IMG/VR virus record: IMGVR_UViG_3300031553_000011 | Coordinates: 1 to 40,473 of that record | Direction: 5' to 3' (one strand) | Length of the DNA stretch: 40,473 nt | From: a virus | Lineage: Duplodnaviria; Caudoviricetes | The notes under the pieces: model-generated | What the model was told of the DNA's origin: nothing | The model's database searches: none | What the model saw: only the letters and a program-made list of their open reading frames with translations | In this document: piece by piece, positions 27,084-35,412 of the stretch | Layout: the number at the start of each line of letters is the position of its first letter | Numbering within the stretch: position 1 is the stretch's first letter | Made by a program: the position numbers and the translations under genes

Positions 27084-27895
27084 TGGCTTCAACGGATAAA
27101 AATGGAACAAGAGTATTAGATAAACTTGCTACGGTTACTGGAAAACCAGTCTCGCTTGAGGGCTGGTTAAAAAAAATGAAACCCGAACTTGCTAAGGCTC
27201 TGCCTAAGCATATTCAACCAGATAGGATTTTACGCATATGTATGACTTCACTGAGGATTACTCCTAAGCTCAGAGATTGTGAGCCGATGAGTTTTTTAGC
27301 CGCTGTTATGCAGTCGGCTCAATTAGGTTTAGAGCCTAACAGCCCTCTCGGCGAATCATACTTAATTCCTTATAAGGGGAAGGTACAGTTTCAGATGGGG
27401 TATAGAGGATTACTGCAATTGGCGAACAACACGGGCTTATATAGAATGATATATGCTCACGAGGTCTTCAAGAATGATAAATTCAGCTATGCGTTAGGAT
27501 TGCATAAGGATTTAGTCCACGTTGCGAATGATGACCCAGAAGGAGCCCCAGTATATTATTATGCGGTATACCATCTATTAAATGGTGGGTATGACTTTGC
27601 GGTATGGAGTACTAAGAAGATTGAAAAGCATAGAGATAAATATAGTAAGTCAGCGGGCTTTGATAGCTCTTCCTGGAAGACTGCTTTCAGCTCGATGGCT
27701 AAGAAAACAGTCCTTAAAGATGTCTTAAATTATGCTCCTAAGAGTATAGAATTAGCTCGTCAAATAGCTATGGACGAGACTGTTAAGACAGCTTTGGCGA
27801 AGGATATGTCAGAAATACCAGATGAAGCTATTAATGATAATAAGATAGACCCAATTATTAATAAGGTAACTGGAGAGTGGGCTGACGTATACTAA
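27083..27895 (+). CDS. recT: RecT recombinase
   Basis: AQLGLEP...LG.SYLIPY...QFQMGYRGL..LA, W...F.SMAKKTV. Confidence 0.93.
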   Translation: MASTDKNGTRVLDKLATVTGKPVSLEGWLKKMKPELAKALPKHIQPDRILRICMTSLRITPKLRDCEPMSFLAAVMQSAQLGLEPNSPLGESYLIPYKGKVQFQMGYRGLLQLANNTGLYRMIYAHEVFKNDKFSYALGLHKDLVHVANDDPEGAPVYYYAVYHLLNGGYDFAVWSTKKIEKHRDKYSKSAGFDSSSWKTAFSSMAKKTVLKDVLNYAPKSIELARQIAMDETVKTALAKDMSEIPDEAINDNKIDPIINKVTGEWADVY

Positions 27896-27956
27896 GTATG
27901 AAGTGAAGAATACTTTATTGCGAAACGTATATAAAAAGTAGGGGGAAAATAAGAAT

Positions 27957-28160
27957 ATGGCGTTAGAAGAAATATGTGGAAATTGTGATGAATATGATTG
28001 TGATGAATGTTATTGTCCTCATATGGGGGAAATGTTTGAAGCTGATTCTTGCGAAGGTTTTGTTAATAAGGCCGAAGACCTCACTGTAGAAGAGAAAAGG
28101 GGAATAATCGGTGATTTAGAATCTCATAGAATAATGGTAGAGGGGGATTTTTTCGATTGA
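27957..28160 (+). CDS. small Cys-rich acidic protein
   Basis: CGNC...C..C.C...C.GF; SD ggggga. Confidence 0.65.
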   Translation: MALEEICGNCDEYDCDECYCPHMGEMFEADSCEGFVNKAEDLTVEEKRGIIGDLESHRIMVEGDFFD

Positions 28161-28672
28161 AAAGAATGTTAGTATTAATAATTGCAGTTTTATTTTTAAC
28201 GGGGTGTTCTACTATCTTCGATTTAACTGACTGGACAGCTCCAAATGACTTGGAATTTTTACAGGTAACAGCAAGTCTGGACACTCCATTGAAGATTGAA
28301 GCTTATGGTAAAGCTAATTTTGAGTATAAAGCAAACTACTTTCTCACTCCAGACCCTTATGAATTCTGGAAAGCAAAAAAAGGAGATTGCAACGATTTTG
28401 AGACTTGGCAGAGGTATACGGGTAACACTCATAATTTCGAGACTTACAGAATAATTGTATGGTTTAAATTTCAACTTGTAAAACACGCTATGGCAATCTT
28501 TGTAGAATATGGAAGATATAACTATTTCAATGTTAAGAGCTATAAGGAAATTTACGTAGACACATTTAAAAAAGTGGCCGAGCATTATAAACTACATAAC
28601 ACTGATTACACAGCATATAAATATAAAGTTTACGACTGGTATGGAAATATCGTTGAGGAAGGGGGTATATAA
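28157..28672 (+). CDS. lipoprotein with transglutaminase-like (papain-fold) domain
   Basis: lipobox LTG-C; PYEFW..KKGDCNDF and HAMA motifs. Confidence 0.75.
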   Translation: MKRMLVLIIAVLFLTGCSTIFDLTDWTAPNDLEFLQVTASLDTPLKIEAYGKANFEYKANYFLTPDPYEFWKAKKGDCNDFETWQRYTGNTHNFETYRIIVWFKFQLVKHAMAIFVEYGRYNYFNVKSYKEIYVDTFKKVAEHYKLHNTDYTAYKYKVYDWYGNIVEEGGI

Positions 28673-28673
28673 A

Positions 28674-29087
28674 ATGCCTAAAGGAGTTTACGAGAGAACA
28701 GCAAAGCATAAGAAAAGTATTAGTGATGGTTTAGTTGGACACAAAGTCTCAGAAGAGACGAAGGGTAAAATAAGAAGAACTAAAGAAAGAGAGAAGCATC
28801 CGAATTGGAAGGGTGGACTATTAAAAAAGAAAGGTTATATATACTTCCTTCCTTCAGACGATAAATTCTCTTGTATGAAGGGCTATAGAGGGTATATTAG
28901 ATTGCACCGATTAGTGATGGCGGAACACTTACAGAGACCATTGACTAAGGAAGAGGTAGTCCATCATATTGACGGAGATATAACCAACAATGAAATAGAG
29001 AATTTAATGTTATTTAAAAATAAAAGTGAGCATAAAGCTCACCATCACAAATCCAGAAAAATAGATAAAGGGGGAATGTATTTGTGA
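28674..29087 (+). CDS. HNH homing endonuclease with NUMOD3-like motif
   Basis: MPKGVY.RT, SEETKGKI, HPNWKGG, HRLVM..HL.RPL...EVVHHIDGD..NN.IENL. Confidence 0.88.
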   Translation: MPKGVYERTAKHKKSISDGLVGHKVSEETKGKIRRTKEREKHPNWKGGLLKKKGYIYFLPSDDKFSCMKGYRGYIRLHRLVMAEHLQRPLTKEEVVHHIDGDITNNEIENLMLFKNKSEHKAHHHKSRKIDKGGMYL

Positions 29088-29281
29088 ATATGCGATGTTT
29101 AGACGCTCATAATGCTTTAAGAAAAATAATGTTTTTTCACGGTGGTAAAAAAGCCACTGAAGCTTTAAAAAAGATACTTGATGACTTTGCACCTGAAGAT
29201 TGGAACATAATAAAGAACGAATTTCCAGATGATTACCCAATGATGGTGATATTAGGGAAGGGGGAAATGCCAAATGCTTAA
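29084..29281 (+). CDS. hypothetical protein
   Basis: 65-aa coupled ORF with SD. Confidence 0.6.
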   Translation: MNMRCLDAHNALRKIMFFHGGKKATEALKKILDDFAPEDWNIIKNEFPDDYPMMVILGKGEMPNA

Positions 29282-29714
29282 TCACGAAAAGATGTGGAAT
29301 ACATTATCTGAAGTTATGATGTATGACAAGAATGATTTCAGTAGTAGAGACGAGTATAGAATATGGAACGTTATTAAGGAACATAGAGGTCAAGATGACG
29401 CTATTAACCAACACTCAATATTTAAAAAAGCCTTCCCTTACCTACTAGAGACTTTGAGCGGACAGGAAATTGCTTCAGCGAAGATTGTAATGAGAAAGGC
29501 AATTAGGGCTTTGAGAAATAACGGATTCCCCATTCTATCTAAACCAGGTATGAGCGGTGGATATTATTTACCTGTATCAAGCTTTGAAGTACAAAACTGG
29601 AGAGATTATATGAGGGCTAAAGCCTTTTCAGCTCTAGGGATTGTGAATCCAGTTATCAGAGGTTGTAACAAACTCCTACGGGAGAATGTAAGACAATTAG
29701 AGTTAAACTTTTAG
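29274..29714 (+). CDS. winged-helix DNA-binding protein
   Basis: H.G...AI...RKAIRALR..G.PI.S....GGYYL. Confidence 0.65.
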   Translation: MLNHEKMWNTLSEVMMYDKNDFSSRDEYRIWNVIKEHRGQDDAINQHSIFKKAFPYLLETLSGQEIASAKIVMRKAIRALRNNGFPILSKPGMSGGYYLPVSSFEVQNWRDYMRAKAFSALGIVNPVIRGCNKLLRENVRQLELNF

Positions 29715-29730
29715 GAAGGAGTAGAAATGT

Positions 29731-30555
29731 ATGGCAAAGAAGATGGGGAAATTAGGAGTAGCCTGGATTTGTCTCTCGGTAGATACCTTTAAGAGTGAAA
29801 AGATAAGACTAATAGAAAGTATGCCTAAGGGAGATTCTATCTTAGTGGTTTGGTTTCGACTTTTATGTTTAGCAGGAAAAAAGAATCAAAACGGTTGGCT
29901 ATACCTAAACAAAAAGACTCCTTACACCATCCAAATGTTGGTAACGCTTTGTAACGTTACAAAGGAAATAATGGAGTTGTCTTTAAAGACCTTTACGGAC
30001 TTCGGAATGATAGAAATGAAGGAAAATGGTCTATTTAAGATAACAAAATGGGCTAAATATCAAAATGTTGACGGATTAGATAAAATCAGGGAAGCTACCA
30101 GGGGAAGAGTGAGGAGATTTAGAGAAAAGAATAAAAAAGAAGCGTCCAGACTTTTAGCGTTACAAGGAGCGTTACAAGAGGAAGCTGAGACTATTGAAAA
30201 ACCAAAGGACACAGAAGATGTAACGTTACCTGTAACGCATAGTAACGCTATAGAAGGAGAAGGAGAAGGAGAAGAAGAGAAAGAAGAGAGCAAAAAAACC
30301 GTAGCTGTCCAGATAAGATTTGATTATAAAAAGGGGGAATTCATAGGAATTACTCCAGAGTACATTTTTGAGTTACAACAGAAATATCCCAGAGTTCTAA
30401 TTCGGGGACAACTTACAAAGATGGCTAATTGGTTAATTGATAATCCTCAGAAGAAACGTCAGGGTAAGAGAAGTTTTATTGATAACTGGTTAAGTAAAGT
30501 TGTACCTGAGAGAAGTGCTCTAAGAAGATTACCTCAGGGGGGTGGTAAAACTTGA
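29731..30555 (+). CDS. replication initiator (replisome-organiser N-terminal domain)
   Basis: WI.LSVD.F..EKIRLIESMP.GD.IL.VW.RLLCLAGK, W.KYQNVDGL.KIRE..R.RV.RFRE. Confidence 0.9.
   Translation: MAKKMGKLGVAWICLSVDTFKSEKIRLIESMPKGDSILVVWFRLLCLAGKKNQNGWLYLNKKTPYTIQMLVTLCNVTKEIMELSLKTFTDFGMIEMKENGLFKITKWAKYQNVDGLDKIREATRGRVRRFREKNKKEASRLLALQGALQEEAETIEKPKDTEDVTLPVTHSNAIEGEGEGEEEKEESKKTVAVQIRFDYKKGEFIGITPEYIFELQQKYPRVLIRGQLTKMANWLIDNPQKKRQGKRSFIDNWLSKVVPERSALRRLPQGGGKT
29941..30298. promoter_or_regulatory. probable replication origin (GTAACG/CGTTAC iterons + purine tract)
   Basis: iterons at 29941, 29951, 30156, 30168, 30220, 30232, 30242, then agaaggagaagg tract. Confidence 0.7.
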
Positions 30556-31832
30556 GAAGAAAAGCGTTAGTTCATAAAGAAACAGAAATGGCAAGTTTAG
30601 GGTCTTGCTTACTCGATAGGGAAGCTTTAAATGCTACCTTTGAGAATCTAAAGGTACAAGATTTTGAGTCTCCTAATCATAGGATAATTTTTACAAATAT
30701 CAGAGAATTAGTAAAGGAGAGTTCACCTGTAGACCTTGTAACTATAGTTGAAAGACTTCAGAAGAACGACAAGCTCCAGGTTGTAGGTGGGGTAGCTTAC
30801 CTCACTACGCTGATTAAGTCCGTCCCTACGGTGCAGAATATAGAGCATTATAATAGCTTGATTAGGAGAGAGGCAAATTTAAGAAAGATTAGGGGTGTAC
30901 TCCAGGAGTTGCAGATGGATAAAATCTCTATTCCAGAAGCCTTAGAGCAAGTTGAAAAGATACCTATAGTTGAGATTGCGGAAGAGGATTTAAAAACTTT
31001 ATTGAAAAACACTCTACTGGTATCTACGGAAGGAGTGGCTCATACCTTTGAAATAGATTCTTTAAACCAATACCTTGGTGGAATAGATAAAGGGGAAATA
31101 GTAACCTTAGGGGGATTTACGAGTCAAGGGAAGACTTCGTTGGCGATTCAGTTGGCGATTAGCTTTGCGGAGAATCCTCAGAAAAAGGTACTATACTTGA
31201 CTTCCGAGATGACTCCCTTAGAGACTTCCAGGAGAATCTTGGCGAATCTTATGCCTAAAAATATAATGGATTTTAGAAAGGGTATCTTTCAACCTAAGGA
31301 AAGGGAAGCTCTTTCCAGTATAGCTGATATAGTGGGAGAGCAGTGGAACTTAAATATCAAGAAGATTTTTGATGTATCAGATATCAGAAAGTACGTCAGG
31401 AAGTATTCTCCAGAGTTAGTCTTCATAGACTATTTACAAAATCTGGATAGAAGGGGAGCACGGTCAGATTACGAGAGAGTTACTGGAAATATCAAGGACA
31501 TTCAAGGTCTTACTTTGGAAACGGAGATTTCTACATTTGTCCTGAGTCAGTTGTCAAGAAATAAAGAGGGTGTGAGAGAGCCTAGGATTACAGACCTCAG
31601 GGATTCAGGAAGGATTGAAGAGTGCAGTAATGTAGTAATGTTAATATACTGGGAGAATAGAATGAAACTGGAGAATCAGACGAGAAAAGGTGGGGAAGTC
31701 CCTGAGAAAATACAAGTCTCAATAGTGAAGAATAGAGATGGGACTATCGGAAGATTATGTTTAGACTTTGAGCCTGAATATTGCAGGGTTAAAGAATCGA
31801 TTTACGAAGATTACGGACAGGGGAGCTTTTAA
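30552..31832 (+). CDS. dnaB: replicative helicase DnaB
   Basis: DnaB N-domain, GFTSQGKT, SEM, FIDYLQ, LSQLSR, DLRDSGRIEE, KNRDG.IG. Confidence 0.93.
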   Translation: MRRKALVHKETEMASLGSCLLDREALNATFENLKVQDFESPNHRIIFTNIRELVKESSPVDLVTIVERLQKNDKLQVVGGVAYLTTLIKSVPTVQNIEHYNSLIRREANLRKIRGVLQELQMDKISIPEALEQVEKIPIVEIAEEDLKTLLKNTLLVSTEGVAHTFEIDSLNQYLGGIDKGEIVTLGGFTSQGKTSLAIQLAISFAENPQKKVLYLTSEMTPLETSRRILANLMPKNIMDFRKGIFQPKEREALSSIADIVGEQWNLNIKKIFDVSDIRKYVRKYSPELVFIDYLQNLDRRGARSDYERVTGNIKDIQGLTLETEISTFVLSQLSRNKEGVREPRITDLRDSGRIEECSNVVMLIYWENRMKLENQTRKGGEVPEKIQVSIVKNRDGTIGRLCLDFEPEYCRVKESIYEDYGQGSF

Positions 31833-31833
31833 T

Positions 31834-32697
31834 ATGAAGAATAATCATTACACGGCTTTCTCAAAAGCCTACGGCTATGGAGACTGGCTGACAATTAAAA
31901 CGATTAACAAGTATAATCAATGGAGTAGAGCACAAGAAGAGCCAGTGATAACGATGAAGACCATCGAAAAAGCTTGGTCTCTGTTGAAGAAACATAGAAA
32001 AAGATGGAACGTATTCTATACGCCTAAAAAAAAGAAAGGGGAAAAGAATTTGAAATTAATAATGAAGGTTATTTTAAAGGGAAAATTAGACGGAAAAGGA
32101 AAACAGTTTAATATTACGACTGAAAATGAAGGAAGATATAAGAGTTTTTTGGACGAGGTAAAAGTAGGAGCTTCGGTGATGTGCTTCCATAGATGTAAAC
32201 TCACAGAGTATTATATATTTAAGAAGATTGACTATAGAAAAAATACTCCAAAGGGTAAAGAGGGAAGAGCAGTATTCAATATATCTTCGTACCTTCCAGA
32301 ATTATGGTCTGGCAGTATAATGAAGAAAATGAAAGAGCTTTCAGACGAGATGGATAATAAGAAAGAACAGAGAAAGAATAGAAAGAGAGCTTACTGGAAG
32401 ACTACCGTTGATGTCATACCTGGGGAAGAAGAGATAAAAGAGAATCCAGAAAAGATGAAGTTTCCTTGTCATATTACTTATTCTTATTATGGGAAAAGAA
32501 AAGTAGGTATGTTAATTACTGGCTTTCCTAATAGTGTAGTAGAATATCAATTAGTAAAAACTCAGGAACAGTCAGACTTAGACGGTGTTTGCACTATACG
32601 AAGGTCTACAGATTTGAAAGAGTTAATGGATATGTACGACATTGAAGTAGTGAAGGGTGAAACTAAAGTCTGGAAGGTAGGAAAATTTAGTGGATAA
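31834..32697 (+). CDS. hypothetical, probably composite protein containing a capsid-N-terminus-like segment
   Basis: SD ggggag before ATG 31834; second in-frame SD+TTG at 32050; ISSYLPELWSGSIM segment. Confidence 0.65.
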   Translation: MKNNHYTAFSKAYGYGDWLTIKTINKYNQWSRAQEEPVITMKTIEKAWSLLKKHRKRWNVFYTPKKKKGEKNLKLIMKVILKGKLDGKGKQFNITTENEGRYKSFLDEVKVGASVMCFHRCKLTEYYIFKKIDYRKNTPKGKEGRAVFNISSYLPELWSGSIMKKMKELSDEMDNKKEQRKNRKRAYWKTTVDVIPGEEEIKENPEKMKFPCHITYSYYGKRKVGMLITGFPNSVVEYQLVKTQEQSDLDGVCTIRRSTDLKELMDMYDIEVVKGETKVWKVGKFSG

Positions 32698-33043
32698 GAA
32701 GAAAAACTATTCGAAAAAAGAGTTACTGGCTATGGGGAAACCGACTCCTAAGTTAAAGAAGAAGGTACTTTTTAAGGACTATTGCTCTAAGTATTGTAAC
32801 CTGGGAATGGCCAATAGAGACAGCAAGACTATGAGAAAAGAGCTTCCCGCTATAGCAAAGAGGGGAGCATATATGATAATGAAGTCAATGCTTAAAGATA
32901 CCAGATTCCCAGGAAACTTAAAAGACTTTCAAAAACCTTTTATCTCCATCGTTATTCACGCAGGTATAATGGAAGAGATAGACGGGAAAAGGATATTTAT
33001 ATACCCTTCTTCTCTTGCAGGTGGGGGGTTAGAAGAAGTATGA
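32690..33043 (+). CDS. hypothetical protein
   Basis: 117-aa coupled ORF. Confidence 0.6.
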   Translation: MDKKKNYSKKELLAMGKPTPKLKKKVLFKDYCSKYCNLGMANRDSKTMRKELPAIAKRGAYMIMKSMLKDTRFPGNLKDFQKPFISIVIHAGIMEEIDGKRIFIYPSSLAGGGLEEV

Positions 33044-33471
33044 GAAATGTTAGTTGGGGTACAAAAGAAATGATAGTTACGGCCTACCAAAAAGGTATAA
33101 GCTACAGTGCGATACAGGAATTCTTTGGTGTTAACCGATGGAACATTCAGGACGCTCTTTCAAAAATGAATGTGAAGACCAACAGAATCAAAAGCAGTCC
33201 CAGACTTCCAAGGTCTAAGAAGAAAGGTAAGTTGATGGATAGATACCATAATAACGAGTTTGTGATACCTGCAAAAGAATACTCACGGAAAGAGTTATCA
33301 GAAATTTACTCTTCTAAAGATAAGAATTTTGTCCTACCTGATGATTTAGATATAATGGAGAGAATGGACGAAGTCGATGACGCTAATGATTTTGTAGGAG
33401 AGCCCGTAGAGTTTTTAACAATGGAAATAAATAATGAAGGGAAGGTGAGTTATGTTAGACGAAGTATTTGA
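33040..33471 (+). CDS. HTH-domain protein
   Basis: IVTAYQKGISYSAIQEFFGVNRWNIQDAL. Confidence 0.65.
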   Translation: MRNVSWGTKEMIVTAYQKGISYSAIQEFFGVNRWNIQDALSKMNVKTNRIKSSPRLPRSKKKGKLMDRYHNNEFVIPAKEYSRKELSEIYSSKDKNFVLPDDLDIMERMDEVDDANDFVGEPVEFLTMEINNEGKVSYVRRSI

Positions 33472-33874
33472 TAAGATGTATAATTTCTTCTACATTCTAT
33501 TTTTTCATCGGAGAATAATTAGAGAATGGAAGAGCAACTATGATGAAAAGCGTAAGGAAATATATAGAATAGAAGGGGATATTTGTTCTATCTTTGAACT
33601 CTTAGATAAAGAAGGTTGCACAATGTTACTCTATCAATCTGAAACGAGTTTTGCAAACTATTGTAAAATATCCGACAGAAAAAATAATGCAAAATTCGAA
33701 ATGTTAAATGGAGATGTAGTCCCACGATTTAGACACGTTAAGAGAGTAATAAAACTGTTAAAAGCACATACTAAGAAAAAGGGGGGAAAGAAAATTGCTA
33801 AAACAATTAAAACAATTACTGTATCACAGAAAGACAATAAAAAACCTGGTAAACGAAATAAATTGGCAAAATGA
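33452..33874 (+). CDS. hypothetical protein
   Basis: 140-aa ORF with SD aaggtga. Confidence 0.55.
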   Translation: MLDEVFDKMYNFFYILFFHRRIIREWKSNYDEKRKEIYRIEGDICSIFELLDKEGCTMLLYQSETSFANYCKISDRKNNAKFEMLNGDVVPRFRHVKRVIKLLKAHTKKKGGKKIAKTIKTITVSQKDNKKPGKRNKLAK

Positions 33875-34139
33875 GAATTTCTACAATGTAACAAAGACCC
33901 TGGCTAAACACGAAATGATAATGGACATTAACGAAGCGGACAACGATATGGGTTTTATGGTACACGTTAGAAAAGAGTCCAGTACAGTCCATTCTATCTT
34001 TCTCTGTAAGTCCAAGATTCCTAACGTAGCGGTTATTAATAATGCTATCAGTCAAATCTATGAGTATATGGCTAAGAATAGTGTACTTCTACCGTATGAT
34101 AGGACTCTACCTGGTAAAGAGGGAAGTGAATTAAATTGA
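33795..34139 (+). CDS. hypothetical protein
   Basis: TTG start after gggggg SD. Confidence 0.55.
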   Translation: MLKQLKQLLYHRKTIKNLVNEINWQNENFYNVTKTLAKHEMIMDINEADNDMGFMVHVRKESSTVHSIFLCKSKIPNVAVINNAISQIYEYMAKNSVLLPYDRTLPGKEGSELN

Positions 34140-34216
34140 AGTGGTTAATAATAATTTTCCTGCTTCTATGTATAAATAATCAGTTAGATAAAATCATAAT
34201 GTTGTTAGGGGGTTGA
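34136..34216 (+). CDS. hydrophobic micro-protein (26 aa)
   Basis: MKWLIIIFLLLCINNQLDKIIMLLGG; TTGA overlaps at both ends. Confidence 0.45.
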   Translation: MKWLIIIFLLLCINNQLDKIIMLLGG

Positions 34217-34692
34217 AGATGAAAAAGGATTTTTTGTATTACGACCAGGGTGGTTTCGAGAAGTATACTGATACGATTAAGAAAAAGAACGAAGAGGACA
34301 GAGGCCAGGTTACTATAGCGATTCAGACCATACCACTTAGTAAAAATGTATGGAAGAATCAGGAAAACTATGCTAAGGCAGAGTATAAACACAATCTGAT
34401 GATAGAAGTCTGGGCTGAGGCTCTGAGGCAGGGAGCTAAGAACGTCCCTAAAAGAAACTGGAAAAAGGCAGAGTTAGCCTTTGAGATATACTTCAGAACA
34501 GAACGCAGAAGAGATATTCAGAATCTCACAGCAGGTGGACTGATTCCTTTGATTGATATTTTGGTGGAATTAGATTATATTTGGGACGATAACTATAAGG
34601 TGATAGGTCAACCCATAGTTAAAATTGGGGTTGACAAAAAATTACCCAGGACAATCATTAAGATAACGGACAAAACAAAGAAGGTGGTATGA
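34213..34692 (+). CDS. rusA: RusA-like Holliday junction resolvase
   Basis: PLSKN, YF..ERRRDIQN, LIDILV...IWDDN, PRTII.I. Confidence 0.75.
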   Translation: MKMKKDFLYYDQGGFEKYTDTIKKKNEEDRGQVTIAIQTIPLSKNVWKNQENYAKAEYKHNLMIEVWAEALRQGAKNVPKRNWKKAELAFEIYFRTERRRDIQNLTAGGLIPLIDILVELDYIWDDNYKVIGQPIVKIGVDKKLPRTIIKITDKTKKVV

Positions 34693-34695
34693 AAA

Positions 34696-34866
34696 ATGGA
34701 TAGGGTAAACGTTATGTTCCTAATCAAGTTTGGTATTTTGATATCTCTTGTAATAGGTACTGGTGTATGTAGCATAATCCTTGATAAGACTCCGTACCAA
34801 AAAGCGATGGAGAAATTTAGAAAAAAGGAGAAGAGAGATGAAAAAGCCAGTCGTAAGAATAAATAA
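34696..34866 (+). CDS. small membrane protein (56 aa, not in ORF track)
   Basis: MDRVNVMFLIKFGILISLVIGTGVCSIIL...; SD aaggtgg. Confidence 0.55.
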   Translation: MDRVNVMFLIKFGILISLVIGTGVCSIILDKTPYQKAMEKFRKKEKRDEKASRKNK

Positions 34867-34987
34867 GAGAAAAAAAGCTTTAGAGTTAATTGAAGTGATA
34901 TTCTGTAAACTCAATTCTTTAAAGCACGGTTACAAAGCTAATGAACAATTTGACGAGTTAAGAGACTTAGTCAAAACAATGAAATAA
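34838..34987 (+). CDS. hypothetical protein
   Basis: ATG 34838 with aaggag SD, inside track ORF 34781..34987. Confidence 0.55.
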   Translation: MKKPVVRINKRKKALELIEVIFCKLNSLKHGYKANEQFDELRDLVKTMK

Positions 34988-35007
34988 GAAAGGAGAAAGA
35001 AAAAATT

Positions 35008-35388
35008 ATGGATTTAAAAGACCACGATTTCAATTTAAAACTTGCTTTGGTGTGTGTTGTAGTAGTATTGATAGGAATAGCGATATGCTTCGGTATGAGT
35101 TTTAAGCGGTTAAACACTAAGGTAGACGCAGGTATGGAGCTCCTACTCGATCACAATGTTACTTTGTATAACAAACTGGTGTATCTACAAGAGAATTCGA
35201 TTACAGATAAGACTAAGCAACGTCTAACAACTTATCTTCATCTTAGATATACTGATTATGAAGACCAGATATTCGAGGCACAGTTGAATGGCTTAGTATA
35301 CCACGAAGAATACCTGAAGGGTAAATTAGAGCAGGTAGCAGATACATTAAAAATATTTTGTGGATTAACAAGAATAAAGAAGTATTAA
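35008..35388 (+). CDS. membrane-anchored hypothetical protein
   Basis: N-terminal TM helix followed by helical domain. Confidence 0.65.
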   Translation: MDLKDHDFNLKLALVCVVVVLIGIAICFGMSFKRLNTKVDAGMELLLDHNVTLYNKLVYLQENSITDKTKQRLTTYLHLRYTDYEDQIFEAQLNGLVYHEEYLKGKLEQVADTLKIFCGLTRIKKY

Positions 35389-35412
35389 AAAATAAAGGGG
35401 AAATTTACTATT

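Noticed and set aside
28674-29087. HNH gene as part of an intron or intein
   Set aside because: Free-standing and coupled to intact neighbours; no interrupted gene.
31768-31833. Track start of the 309-aa ORF
   Set aside because: Overlaps dnaB by 65 nt; ATG 31834 has the SD.
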